This document shows positions 13,282 through 26,522 of a stretch of DNA of 64,000 bases, in pieces. Location of the stretch: contig OZ316893.1 in NCBI GenBank assembly GCA_973895155.1, positions 23,768,015 to 23,832,014 of the forward strand. The letters run 5' to 3'. Source of the stretch: Marsupella aquatica (taxonomy: Eukaryota; Plantae; Marchantiophyta). Position 1 is the first letter of the stretch. Each line of letters opens with the position of its first letter. Both the position numbers and the translations under genes were made by a program. The notes beneath the pieces are model-generated. The model ran no database searches, was not told the origin of the DNA, and saw only the letters and a list, made by a program, of their open reading frames with translations.

Positions 13282-15689
13282 GGGCGAACGTTTTAAGCCT
13301 GCAAAACAACGGATTGATAGCTGCTTTCTCTGATGCAACCTAATGGAACTAATTTAAAATACAATGTTATGCAGCTTAACCACATCTACACACAACCAAT
13401 CACAGTTTCTTGAGCAGAAATCTGACTCAAAGACGTGAAGCATTCAAAAACCTCGGAGCAAGGTAAACCCAAGCTTTCCAAAGTTTTGCAAACTTGCATG
13501 GTGATTAGCAACACTCGTTTGCCGGGGCACAACACAGGAAAAATCCCCAATCAAAACCACCCTTCACTAAACCTAAACGGCCGAAGTGATCATTTCTCGA
13601 CAGAAAAATGGAGGCACAAGAGTCTCTCCATCCCAGTCACTTTAGAACTCTAAGCCAGGCACTGGGCTGCTTCCCAGCAACTAAACTTTAAGACAAAATT
13701 TAAACGAATATTCAAAACAACATCAGCAAACACTCTGGATCCAGCCTCCCTTACACTAGCTAACATGTGATAGATTTTACGTCGATGACCATACGTATTA
13801 CTAGACAACTATATCTGCTTAACAAAACTAGCCAAACAGATGGATGGAGCAGTTTCCTGTACAAAGGTAAGGTGCAGAGCTCCAGTGCGCAATCCTACAG
13901 AACCAGCTAACAGAACCAGCTAACACACTACACTTTCAATCTTCCCTAGCTTCTGCAATATTGAATCAAAGTGAATCATGTGGGCACATATCAAATGACT
14001 GACCAGGAAAAGTGACATTCTCAGCCTGATAATCAGCACAGGTAGCATCCAAGAGGTAAAGAAATGTGCTTATCTCCCACGAGAAAGGGGCAATCCCCTG
14101 TCATCTGGCTCTACTGATGATGCAGCAAACGACCATCCTTTCTTGAGAAGATATTCTAACCCTCAAAATGAAATCCTTTGGCTGAGCGGGCCTGGCCCAT
14201 ATTGTGCCCACAAAGTCCTCACAATAATTGATACGTGTAAACCTTGACCTAACAACCCAGCAAAACGGTACTTCAAAAACGCTCTATCAGGATGCCTATC
14301 CTTCGTGCGCTAAGCAGGTAGAATTTCTCATAACCGAATGATACAATGTGCATCCTAATCGACACAATAAAAAATCCAGTGACTTCGTTTCAAAGTTCAC
14401 TGGCCACACCGTACAGGAAAATTCGAAAAATTCGATTGTTCACAGCAGTTGAGAGCGACCCCAGCTATATATAAGACCATGGCCCTGATTTCTCGTCGAT
14501 AACAAATATATCGCAGTTCTGAAAGGACAAGGGACCAAAAGAAACAAAAGTATACAGGACACACGATATCTAAGTTCCTCCGAGCTGATAGTCACGGAAC
14601 TGGAGAAGATAGGTTATTCAGGAACGCAGCAGAAGGTAGATGATATTTGCCAACCCAGTTCACCAAGGAAAGGCTATCAAGATGAATTAGAGAATACATT
14701 ATCGCCTGCTCAGCTTGTTTTTTCATGGCAAGGAGTGACTTTATTTAACTTCCTTTTTATTTAACTTCCAAATGTCAGGATTTCAAATGTCATTAGAACG
14801 TAACATGTCAGGATTTCACAATCTCATTAGAAAGTAAGCGATCAGAGGAGCACATGATTTAACCTTCAAGACGCTACTTCGTTTCTCGCTGTCGTTGCAC
14901 AATCACTCCAAAATTAGCCAGGGAAAGCCCCAATCCAGCTCCGATTGTTCTTCCAATTTGGTAAATAGGACCTAGGTGATTCGAATGAATTCTAATTCCT
15001 CTGCTCCTCTACAATCCAACCATCGCAATGACTACCTCCCTACCATGTCTCGCGGTTTCACAAGCCGCGCTGTTCCCATAATTCTCAATACCTCGCCATG
15101 TTTCCCGTCCCCGAAACCTTAACTCCACGCGCAAGCCAGGAACGTTTAGTGCGTCGGCAAACTCCACGCCATTACCCTAAAACTTACAACAAAATCCATC
15201 CCTCGAATTCAAAAAGCGGAGTCCCCCATCAAAGTCCCACTCCCGCCGACAAGTCAGCTAACGGATCCTGATGCAGATCCCTGACCGAAGTAGCACGGCA
15301 GAAACGCAACACGGCTTCGAAAGAGAATCGGAGGCACAGGCGCGCGCGAGAGATAGAGAGAGAGAGAGCAACTGCAGAGACTCGTTCTTGCCTCAGGAAG
15401 TTCCTTTCAAATCAGGGCAGGGCTGGTCCCGCCGTGCTCCAAACGAAGAGCGAGCAGCATGTTCTTTAGTTCTGGAGAGCGCGGACAAGCAATACTGGGA
15501 ATGCGGATGGGATGCTGAATTGCTGACCACCTGCTGAGCGGAAAGGCGACTACAGGAACGAGCCCAAGTCCCGCCTGGGACGACGAAAACAGAACAGGAG
15601 GAAGAAACGCACGAAGGGGTCTGGACTCTGGAGAAGTCCATAGGTCTCGTTGGAGTCACGAGAGCGCCCCAGACGGAAGGACGGGCGAC

Positions 15690-15737
15690 GGACACGACGG
15701 AGACAAATGACACGACGGAGACAAATGACACGACGGT
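15690..15737. repeat. 18-bp tandem repeat (~2.5 copies) in the probable RSH 5' leader
   Basis: GACACGACGGAGACAAAT repeated. Confidence 0.8.
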
Positions 15738-16269
15738 AGGACTCACAACACTAGGAGGTCCCACCGGCGCCACGGCGCCATGCCCACAACTCAACCCGGC
15801 CACGGCCACATTCCCGGCCGCCTGTCAAAGTAGGGTCGTAAATGAAATATAGTCAAGAATTAGTTCAATACGAGTGCATTACACTAAATATGTCAATAAA
15901 ATATTCATATGTAAAAGATGTTATTAATAAAAAATATATGTGTTGTCAAAAATGTCATTATGTGAAAGATAATGTCATTCTTTATGCATGAACATTCCGT
16001 AGAAGAGCATTTTTGTTTCTGATGGACACCCCGTCATTCCCTGGTGCGGGTTGCCCAGATCAGGGGAACATCCCACCAATCTGGCTATCTGGGTTTTTAG
16101 TGACCCAGATGTTCGCGAAGAGTGTACAGTTTGATGAGTTACACAACAGTTGCTAGATTCACATTAGGATCTAAGCAAAATTAGCCTCAATTATTCGTTC
16201 TTTGAACGTGATTAATTGAGAAGATAATAAAAATGTTATTAAAATATTTTTTCTATTTATATTCTAGAA

Positions 16270-16650
16270 TGATAAAAAAAAATAGAATGATAAAAAAAAT
16301 CATCATTTTAATAATTATATATAATATATTATTTTCTTTTATGTGTACATCATTCTTTTTTATACACATTCATATGAATTTTTCATATGCACATGATAGC
16401 TATATTTTTTGAAGATTATAAAATGATAAAAAATTTATCATTTTAATAATTATATATAATATACCATTTTTCCTTATGTATAAATTTTTTATATGTATAT
16501 TCATATAAGTTTTTGACATATAAATGATGATCATAAAGTTATGATCTAGAGTCTGCACTTTAGACCTAGACTTTCATAGTTGCACTTTAGACCTAGGTTT
16601 TAGACCTAGACTTTCATAGTTGCACTTTAGACCTAGGTTTTCATAGTAGA
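16270..16650. repeat. AT-rich duplicated block plus short tandem repeats
   Basis: ATCATTTTAATAATTATATATAATAT occurs twice; TGCACTTTAGACCTAG occurs three times at 16554-16636. Confidence 0.7.
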
Positions 16651-18163
16651 GTTCAATTGTGGTTTTTCTAGTAAGATTGGGGCACCCATTTTAAGACAAT
16701 TTGGAACCCTGTTTTCATTATGGGAAGACCACTGGAGTTGACCGACATGAGCCCAATTAAAAAAAGTGGAGATTTGACACGCCCCAATACAAACACACAA
16801 TACGAAGATTTGGGCCGGTCCAAGAACCCCGAGTCCAACCCGTACAGCAATTGGGCATTGGCCAAGCGGGCCTCCAAAGATCACGTTTCGCTGAATGGTC
16901 AGTACAGCGGGAGACGATCGACGGCACTGGTTTCCTGTTTGACGTCGGAATGGACTACCGATCGTCGATTGTCAGCCAAGAGGACTCCGTCAGCCCAGCC
17001 CCGGAAAATCCGCTGGAAGCATCCTTGAACATCACACGGGCATTTAGGAGCCAGACGAATCGCAACTCCACGGGAGTCCCGTCAATTCCTAAACGGTCCC
17101 TGGTCTCGGCAACTGCTTCGCCGCCGCATTAATTTTACCAGTTCACTGAGCAAACTAAATCAAAATTCCTCCTCGCGAGTGGAATGAATGAAATGCACAC
17201 TTGCACGGCGGTGTGAAGCAAAGGAAATTATAAAACAATAATCTCCCGTACCACATACGGGTAGTGCCAAGAAAACAATGATAAGTAATGACATAAGAAT
17301 GATTAAAATATGGTTCCAGGAATCGAATTCTTCGTCCTGCGCAGTACCCGTGCAGTCTGAAGTCCCCGTGCCCGGTCTAGCCTATTTCGTGGGCTAAACT
17401 TCCGGCGGACCAGCCCGTTCCCGTATTAAATTTTTATTTCGGAAAACAGATTAAAAAACAGTGGAAACTTAGCCCAGCGAATGGCAGCTTGGCAAGTGTC
17501 AGAGGGTACGCCAGGTACTACGGGTGCTCTTTTCCTTGGTACAAAATAGTTTAGAGTGCTTGTGAACTTGAGAAAGAGTTTTGTACCTTTTAGTGTGTAT
17601 ATTATTTTAAAACTTAAAAACAGGAGAATTGCATTATTTGTACAAATAAACAAATAATTAATCTTTCATGCAAGATGTGTGCAAACAGGATGGCACATCA
17701 TCATTATGAGAACTAGCCTAATTATCAACAAATTTTGCACAATAATATTTATACGCTATTTCATTAATCTTCATTTTATGTGTTTTTTAATTGAGATTCA
17801 TGATCATTTTTGTTTTTATAGGGGTTATAGTCTAGAGGTTTCATTCTAGACCCTAGACCCTTAAGAATAGACTTTGTTTGCACTTTTATAGTAAGATAGT
17901 GTGCTTTGTGTGACACCGTGACACTCAAGGAGAGTTGAACTCTGGGAAGGCTTTCCTTTGGAACAACAAACCTTCTCACTATGACGATCACTTAGGCTTA
18001 AAGTGGAAATGAGGGGCATCATTGAGGGGTTCCCAGGGAACTACTTAGTATCTCATTCAAGATAGAAAGCTAGGGTGAAATTGGAATTGAAGGCATCATT
18101 TGAGGGCAAAAAACTATTAGTGCAACAGAATATGAGTAACCACTGATCCACAAAGAGACATGC

Positions 18164-18240
18164 TGTTAAGGATTGTTCTTAGTCTTGTGACTCATAGGTT
18201 ACGGCACTTAGGCTAACCACAATTAGGATCTTAGTTGAGG
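18164..18240 (+). repeat. Truncated 5' LTR of the copia element
   Basis: 77 bp matching 20754-20830 with 3 mismatches, then breaks off. Confidence 0.9.
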
Positions 18241-18279
18241 AGGATCTTAGCGAGGTGGTTAGCGAGGTGGTTAGCGATC

Positions 18280-20550
18280 GAGGAGTATGTTGAGCCAATC
18301 AGGTTTACCGCATGAATTTTGGGCTGAAGCTATAAATACAGTAGCTTATTTGGTAAATCTTTCTCCTTCAAGTGCAATCAATTTCAAGATGCCGTTTGAA
18401 ATGAGGTATGGACGGCACGCAGACTATCAGGTTTTGAGAGTCTTTGGAAGTGATGCATATGCTCTCACACCTAAGCAGAATTGATCTAAACTAGATTCTA
18501 CTTCCAAGAAGTGTCTTTTTCTTGGTTATCAACCAGGTGTGAAAGGTTACAGGCTATGGGATCCAGAAGCTTGTACGTTGTTTGTTAGTAGAGATGTATC
18601 CTTTAATGAATCTAGATCATCAAAGGAGGGGGAGAATGCTCAGGCTTCCCATACTGACAAAGGTAAATCTCCTATCCTGGACCATGTTGTGGGGGAGATT
18701 GGTCATGAGAGTTTTCATGACATAAATGAAGGAGGTGCTTCAAGAATGGAGCTGGTTCCGGTATTGGAACAAGAGGAGCAAGTTGTTGTTGGAATACCTC
18801 AAATTCAACCAACAGAACAAGATCAACCAGAATCATCAACTAGAAAATCAAGACGTACTACTCGAGCTCCTACAAGGTATGGACAATGGACAGATTCATC
18901 AAGGTTAGATGATGTTGACATTGCACCTAAAGATGATGACAGAGCATTGATCTTGGAAGAAGGAGAACCTTCTTCTTATCATGAGGCGTGCATTTCAGAT
19001 GAGAAAGATGAATGGAATGCAGCGATGCAGAGGGAGTTGCAATCTTTAAGTGACAACAGAACATGGGAGCTGGTGCAACTGCCAAGTGATCAACAAGTGG
19101 TGGATAGCAAGTGGATTTACAAGCTGAAGGACAACTCTTCAGATGGAGGAGACAAGATATACAAGGCAAGGCTTGTTGCCAAGGGATTCACTCAAGAGAA
19201 GGGAGTGGATTACAATGAGGTCTTCTCTCCAGTTGCCAAGTATTCCACGATACGAATTTTGTGTCAACTTGTTGTGTTTTTTGATCTGGTGTTAGATCAA
19301 ATGGATGTTGTTACTGCTTTTCTCTATGGCACCTTGGAAGAACAAATTTTCATGAGGCAACCACTGGGCTTTGTGAAGAAGGGCCAAGAGAGTTTAGTTT
19401 GCAGGTTGCTTAAGTCCTTGTATGGATTGAAGCAAGCTCCTCGACAGTGGAACAAGCGGTTTGATGATTTCATGCTTGCACAAGGATTCACTAGGATGGT
19501 GTATGACCCTTGTGTGTATACAAAATCAGTCAAGAATGGTGTGTTTGGTTTGCTCATTCTGGTGCTCTATGTGGATGATATGTTGATTGCGGCTAAGGAT
19601 CAAACTGAGGTTGACAAACTCAAAGAAAAATTGAGTTCTGAATTCCGAATGAAGGATCTTGGGAAAGCCAAGAGGATCTTAGGTATGAAGATTACGAGGA
19701 ACTTTGAAACTGGACAATTGTGGCTGAATCAAGGCAAGTATGTTGAAAAGGTACTTGCAAGATTCAACATGGAAAATTGTAAGCCAGTAAGTATTCATTT
19801 GGCTCCACATTTCAAGTTATCATCGGCTTTCTGCCCCACTGATCCAGTGGAGAGAGGCTTGATGACTAAGGTTCCATATGAGAAGGCAATGGGCAGTCTA
19901 ATGTATTTGATGACATGTACCAGGCCTGATCTAGCCCTAGCAATGGGCAAAGTGAGTAGATTCATGTCAAATCCAGTGAAGGTACATTGGGAGGCTGTGA
20001 AATGGATTCTCAGGTATCTTAAGGGCACAATAGACTATGGTCTGTTGTTTGATAGTAGATCAAACAAAACCAAATCTTTGGTTGGCTATGTAGATTCTGA
20101 CTACGGAGGCTGTCTGGAAACAAGGAGGTCAACGACTGGGTATGTGTTTACTCTTGGAGGAGGATGCATAAGTTGGAGATCTACCTTGTAGAAGTGTGTA
20201 TCTCAGTCTACTACAGAAACAGAATATGTTGCAGCATCAGAAGCAGCAAAGGAAACAATTTGGTTGGATAAGCTGGTCACTGAGATGGGATTGGAGCATG
20301 GAAAAATGGCTCTTCATTGTGACAGCCAGAGTGCGCTTCACCTAGCTATTAACCAGGTGATGGATAGCAGGTGAAGCACATTGACATCAGGTACCATTTT
20401 ATTAGGCAAACAGTGTCTGATAAAATGTTTGAGCTAGTCAAGATTGATGGAAAACTCAACCCGGCTGATGCTTTTACCAAAGTGATTCCTTTGGAGAGTT
20501 ACTCAAGACACCGTGCTACTTTGCAGGTTTTGCATTTGCAGCACAAGTAG
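18280..20550 (+). pseudogene. Copia pol remnant (end of integrase, RT, RNase H)
   Basis: FWAEAINTVAYLVN, GYRLWDP, YKARLVAKGFTQ, QMDVVTAFL, KSLYGLKQAPRQW, LYVDDMLI, ISWRS; in-frame stops at ~18482 (TGA) and 20189 (TAG) and a 1-bp frameshift near 20370 before KHIDIRYHF. Confidence 0.95.
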
Positions 20551-20753
20551 AGTAACTTAACAAGATGTGATTTCTGTATATGAGTTACTCAATCCTGTTA
20601 TGGCTACGGCTTAATTCTAGTTAACTCTTAGTTAACCTTAAATGGTTTTTAGGGGGACACCTATGGTTTTAGGTGATTGTCTAGAATTTTCCGCTGAGTA
20701 TCTCATATGGATAGCAAAATTGCAGTCCCCAAGACTAGAGTCAAGGGGGAGTT

Positions 20754-21086
20754 TGTTAAGGATTGCTCTTAGTCTTGTGACTCATAGGTTACGGCACTTA
20801 GGCTAACCACAGTTAGGATCTTAGCTGAGGTTAGGTTAGTCGTGTGTGACCTTGTATATACCAGGGCTAGTGTAAGCCGCTGGTGTGTGGTGCTTACTGA
20901 TTGTAATAGAGCAACAGGAGGAAGAGAGAGAGCATGTGTGTTCGTCTACTCTTGAAGTAAAGCTTGAGTGTTCGTGTGGACGTAGCCTTGGAGAAAAGGT
21001 GAACCATGTAGAGATTGTGTCGACCTACGTGTGCATGGAATGAATCATGGTTGTATGGTTGTTGCAAATGACGTCTTAGTTCAACA
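20754..21086 (+). repeat. Complete 3' LTR (333 bp)
   Basis: TG...CA termini (TGTT...AACA), preceded by PPT and followed by TSD; aligns with the solo LTR at 32221-32551. Confidence 0.95.
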
Positions 21087-21189
21087 CATGCAAGGGTTGT
21101 GGAGGGTGAATGTGTGTGTGGGTGGGAGGACTAGTTTTCTTCTTAGCCCTGGTTGGTCCACTTTGGGCTCTGGTCCAACCCTCTCTACC

Positions 21190-21290
21190 TCCTGGTCCCG
21201 GGTATGACCCCCTTGTGGGCTACCCTACAGAGGTGCATTGTCTATCCTCTGCTGAATGGGTCAGCTTTTGGTTTCAAGGCAAAAATAAAG
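21190..21290 (+). repeat. Short dispersed repeat (SINE-like or LINE 3' end), copy 1
   Basis: TATGACCCC...TTGTGGGCTACCCTACAGAGGTGCAT...TCTATCCT...TGGGTC...GTTTCAAGGCAAAAA matches 62685-62812 and ends in an A-rich tail. Confidence 0.6.
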
Positions 21291-21737
21291 AGACATATAA
21301 GATGTCTTTACAAGTCATATTGTTTTAGTGGCAAAGTAAATGCTAATCAGAGTCTTTTCCTTGCCAAAGAAACAGAGAATCAATATGCCATGTCAAAGAA
21401 CGAGAGAATGAAGAGGAAGGCAAAGAAGAAAATAATATGAAATAGGGAGTATGCAAATAAGCATCCCATGCATAGGTGATGACTGAGGAGAATCCTTCCA
21501 TGTGCCGTGTGGGGAGGGGAAGGACCCAGGAGGCGGTTGAAGTGTCATAAATCTCTCAAAACAGGTCACTTCTAATTACAATAAGCACCCATGTCCATTT
21601 TTCAGGGGGCATCCTTATGAATTTCTAATGTTTGCAGTGCCAAAAACTTGAGAAACAAAAGGAGGAAGGGTAGGCATCTTGAAACCAGTAAAAACCATGG
21701 TGTGAGGAGTACTTACTACTCAAACCGAGGAAGTACT

Positions 21738-23108
21738 TAAATGCATAATCGTCCCCCTTTGGACTTTTTCTACTTAATCAACCCGCTATGTTCAGATCTG
21801 CCCCAATCAACCCCCCAAAGTCTGGTTGTTACCTAATCAACCCCCCTTTGATAGTTTCAGGTTCATGAAATGCCGTGTATTGCAATTGGAGTCTACCTGA
21901 ACCTATCCGTGGGTGTGAGCAACTTGACCAAACTGTTAATTGCTTGGTTTAGGGCCGGCCATGCCACAACGCAACTATCGAGGATTTCAAAAAGTGATGT
22001 GAAAACAATATATGTGATGTCTTTAGATGCTCATTATTGAATTGTCCTCACATAACTTGGTCTAAATGTCACTTGTTTCACGTTCTGTCACGATGACTTT
22101 TGTTGGTCATTAGGTTTGGGGAATCTTTGTATTGGGGGTTATTGGGAGGCTCAGTTTCTTTTTGTTAGAGTGTGCATGCAAGCTGGATGACATTGTAGTG
22201 GTGTGAGGTACACTTATGGATATCAAATGTTGGAGATTTTGATGTCAATGTGCATCTGTGGCATAGAGGGGATCTGTTTACAGTGTACATTCTTTAATGT
22301 GACATATTACCACTACAAGATAGAGCGTGCCCAAAAGCAAGACACAATTGCACATGGATTTAGGTTGTGGCCGGGATACTTTATAGGAAAACCTATAAGA
22401 AAGTGTGTAAGAATTTAATGTTGTCATCAATTGTTGTTGATATGTATTGTTTATTCTCGTGAATACACTTTGTTGAGAATACATAGTGGAAAGTGTCTTA
22501 GTTCAATTGCTGGTAGTGGAAGCAAAGGCAACTCAAATTCAAAAGGGCAAACATTTCAAGGATATTGGAGAATTTCACAAGTCTTTGGATTATTGGCTGT
22601 CATATGGTCTTGCAGTATAAAGATTGGAAACATTTTGAGAACATCTAATAATTTTTGAACACAAGTGTGCCGATTTAGCAAATCTGTGTCAAAGAGATCC
22701 AACAAAGCATGTTTGTGAGGGAGATTTGTCTAATGAAATGCACTGATAAAGATTCTTAACAAAGCAACTATATATGAACGTTACGGAGATAGCAGCCCAG
22801 TTTTATTACCTCTAAACATCAGCAACTAGAGACTAACCCCTAAATGATTGAAGACCATATTAGTTTTGTCTTCAAACACAAAAGTACCCACGACTGAGTC
22901 CGGTGTCATTCAATCTTATCAAGCGTGGATTGTGGGCCGACTTCTATCTCGATATACCACGGGATCATATGATAGAAAATTAGAGTTCATTGTGGTAAAG
23001 CCTCCCAATAGTGCTCTTCACAAGAACTATCTGTAAGAAATTGTCAGAGGGGGGAGATTGGGGTTGATTAAGTAAAAAACAGTCCAAAGGGGGTCAATTA
23101 AGCATATA
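21738..23108. mobile_element. Non-autonomous DNA transposon with ~50-bp terminal inverted repeats
   Basis: Left AAATGCATAATCGTCCCCCTTTGGACTTTTTCTACTTAATCAACCC is the near reverse complement of right GGGTTGATTAAGTAAAAAACAGTCCAAAGGGGGTCAATTAAGCATAT; AATCAACCCC subterminal repeats on the left. No clear TSD or transposase ORF. Confidence 0.7.
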
Positions 23109-26100
23109 CCTCTATTCCTCACCCACTTTAGTAATGTTGTTTGCAAAGTTTAGGCCCAATACAATTCTAAACCTATAATTCAGTGTCCATGAAGAGTTTT
23201 TCACACTAAGACTGGTACTCCAAAAGCTTCCATGCACTACAAGAAGCACATTCATACCACCCCTGTATTGTTTTGACATTGGAATTTATTGATGCAGGCC
23301 CACACAATTCCTCAAATTGATTCAGCTAGAAGGGTCAGAGACAATGTGAGGAAGAGTAGCTAAAAAACTCACAGCAACCTGGAATTGAGCTGTTCACTTT
23401 TGGGAAACAAAAATAAGTGTTATTTTGTTGATCAGTCAATGACGTCAATGTATCAAATAAACTATTTTCATGTGTTTGAGTACTGTCTGGAAAATGTTTA
23501 TATAAAGTAAGGCCCCCCTTACAAAATGACATTGAGGCTGGAATCAGCTCTGGCCATAGGATGCAGGGTGCTGTTTTCCCAGACCATTAGTTGTCTTGGA
23601 CAGGGCACTTCAAGAAAAGCTTGGAATCCATTCGAATGAGAAATCAAAAGAAACACAAACTATTGGATTCAAAATATTAACTCGCACAAGCAACGGCTGA
23701 CAAAGGAGATTGTAAGACAAAAACAAGTCACCACAAAATATGATTTCCTAACACTCAGATTTTCAAATGACTCTCTCTATATATTATTGTGCTGGCACAT
23801 GACCCAAGCCTTTGGCATTGGTTAGTTTATGTATCACTAGCTGCTTAGTGCCCAGGCATTACACCATTGTTGCTGAGGCCATGTTATTGTTGTGACTAAT
23901 CAATCATTAAACAATAACATTAATGGTCATTAGGGCCAAGTCATTGAGGCAAAGAAGTTGTCTGCGAAAGGAAGTGTTGCGGTGCAACAAAGTGCCATCA
24001 AGGGTGCTGTTGATGCCAGGGCTGATGCCCCAAATGCATTTGCAAACAACCATGGGAAAAAGAGTGAGATTACATATTATTTTTAAATTAGATGGTACGC
24101 CTGATGCACCCAGGAGTGTTGAGTAAGACTGGCGGTTTAACACTAACCATTGGTGCCTCAACTCGGTTGACTTTAGAGATATTTCTACTATCATAGATAT
24201 TATCCAAATGATTCTCTTTACTCTTGAAAGAAATAATATCCAGAGACGTACGGTCGTTAAAAGAAACAGGAGGGTGAAGCTAAAGTCAAAGACTTGCATT
24301 GATCTTAATTAACGAATCAATACCATAAGTAGAACACCACAATTTATACAAAATTTCACCAAAACAACAAGATCTAGTCTTTGTAATTAGTATGTTAATT
24401 CACCCTGTGAATGTCTTGGACAACCGCAAAAATAGCCATTGTTGCAGCAATCTCATAGACTTACAAATTTCTGATGTATCATCAAAGTGGGGGAGATTTT
24501 AGTGATTTGAGATAATTGGCATAGACATGATCAGGTTTCGGTGACAAGGTTAAGATTTTGCTTCCATATTACAGTGTCAAGCCAAGAGGAGGATAGGGTT
24601 GTGTCACAGCTCTTCTGCAAGCAAGGGCTTAAGACTGTGACTTTTGGGACTTACCATCCTTATGGGGCACATATTTAAGTAGCCTGTAATGATTTTATCC
24701 CAGTGCCCATAAATTAAAGCACTTTGTGTCCTTGGCCATAACTCAATTATGACTTTGCTTTGACATGCCCTAATTCTTTAGATTTCATTCTCATTTAAAA
24801 AACTATGTACACTCTCATTGATAGATTAATATTAACATCAAACACCTTTAACTACATTGCCACTAAAGATGTTATAATTTTTAATTTTTAAAATTTCTTT
24901 ATTATATTTATCAATATGCCACAATTTTTTATATTCTCACCTAGGTTACTTTGTTTCATCTTTATACAAAACCGTGACAATTTATAAATACAAAAAAATA
25001 TAGCAATATTATCAATTTGAACATTTGTAGTGACAAAATAATTAAAAATTGTAGTATGGAAATGGTTAGAACATTCTTAAAATATGCTTTTCCCAAGGTT
25101 CAGAAAAGTAACTCACAATAAAATCAACCCGAGATCAAATTTCAGTAATTATTTATATTGTGCACAGCCTGATGGTCTCTATGGTGTGTAGAACAGCAAA
25201 GTGCATCTAACATTCCCCTAAAATTATTATGGTTGTGTTTTGGGTCTCCTGGCCCCACGGGCCAAGCAGGGGCTGGGCCGGCAGCCAAGCCAAGCCTCCA
25301 CCATGCGTTGCTTTGCACGCCATAGAAAACGGTGGATGTGCTTTCCAAGAAAAAAAAAGGCTGGATATCTTCAAAGTACCTTTCGGGAAAATGTAAAAAG
25401 ACACCAAAATTATAGGCGAAACAGAAAAAACAGCCTCCTTCTGCCCGTCCTTTCTTGCTTCCTTCGTGGCCACGTTGGTCTCTCTCCTCTCTTTTGTTGA
25501 CGCTGTCGTACACTAGTCTTTCCTCGTTCCTCTCCCTCTCCTCCTCCTCCCTCCTCTGGCCCCTTCTTCTGCCAGTGAGCGCTGGAATTCGCCCGGAATT
25601 CGGCTCGCTATTCTTCCAAGACACTCCACAGAAAGCGAGGAGGAGGAAGGAGCCATGGTGAGGTGACGGAGACAAATTTGTAGGTTTTTACGAGGGCGGA
25701 TCGAGGAGGACGAGCAGAAGAGGTGGAGTGAAGTGAGGTGAGGATCAGGGCAATTACTGGAAGAGGTAGGAGGGAGGTAGAGCGACCGACAGAGAGCCGG
25801 CTTGGTACTGGTTCTCGAGCGAGTGGCATCCTCGAGGACGGTGCGAATCTCAGATGCCTGCTTGCTTGCTTGCCTATGGGGTAACTGTTTTTCCACTGCT
25901 GTGGGATGAATTTCGCTCCCTGAATCTATTGTGAGGGAGGGATTGTAATTGCTATTGATAGATTTGTAGGTGGATCGATGGATGGATGGATGAGACTGGA
26001 TCGCGCCCGTTCCGAATGGATGTGCATTGCAAATCACGAGTCTTGGGGCAGTGGCTGCTGGTGTGGTCATCATTGTGGTGTGGAGGAGGGGATGGACGGA

Positions 26101-26522
26101 GGTTTTTATGATCTTCGATTTTCGTAGCGGTGCTCGAGAGTGGATAGTTTAGATCTAGACTGTCGTCTTTTCGATTTATGTGCTCTGTTGCAAAGGAATC
26201 TCTGTATCGCGCGTGAGTTTCGTGTTAGATTGACCTTTATTCATTCCCCTAAGCGTGAATGAGAGGAAATTGTCTTCGACAGAGACGAACGCAGAGGGTG
26301 CACAGTTTCCTTTCTTCAATCTTCTAATTGATTTCATCTTGGAACAAGCTTTACTGACTGACGATGGGATTGCCGTTATTGAAATCTTTGTGTAAACCTG
26401 AGGATAGAACTTTGTTTCGTTACTTGCTTTAGATGGCCGGCTATTAGGACCGCCGGCTGCTGCGTAGGAACCAGACGTTTGTCCAAACCTACGTGAAGGA
26501 GTCCCATGATGACGCTATATTC

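Larger units (their letters stand above)
18164..21086 (+). mobile_element. Ty1/copia LTR retrotransposon, internally deleted and non-functional
   Basis: Begins TGTTAAG (18164), ends TTCAACA (21086), perfect TSD CATGC at 18159-18163 and 21087-21091; polypurine tract AAGGGGGAG just before the 3' LTR; domain order INT-RT-RNaseH. Confidence 0.97.

Noticed and set aside
25142-26073. Minus-strand ORFs of 177 and 186 aa
   Set aside because: Antisense to the low-complexity CT/GA-rich leader of the At5g19025-like gene.
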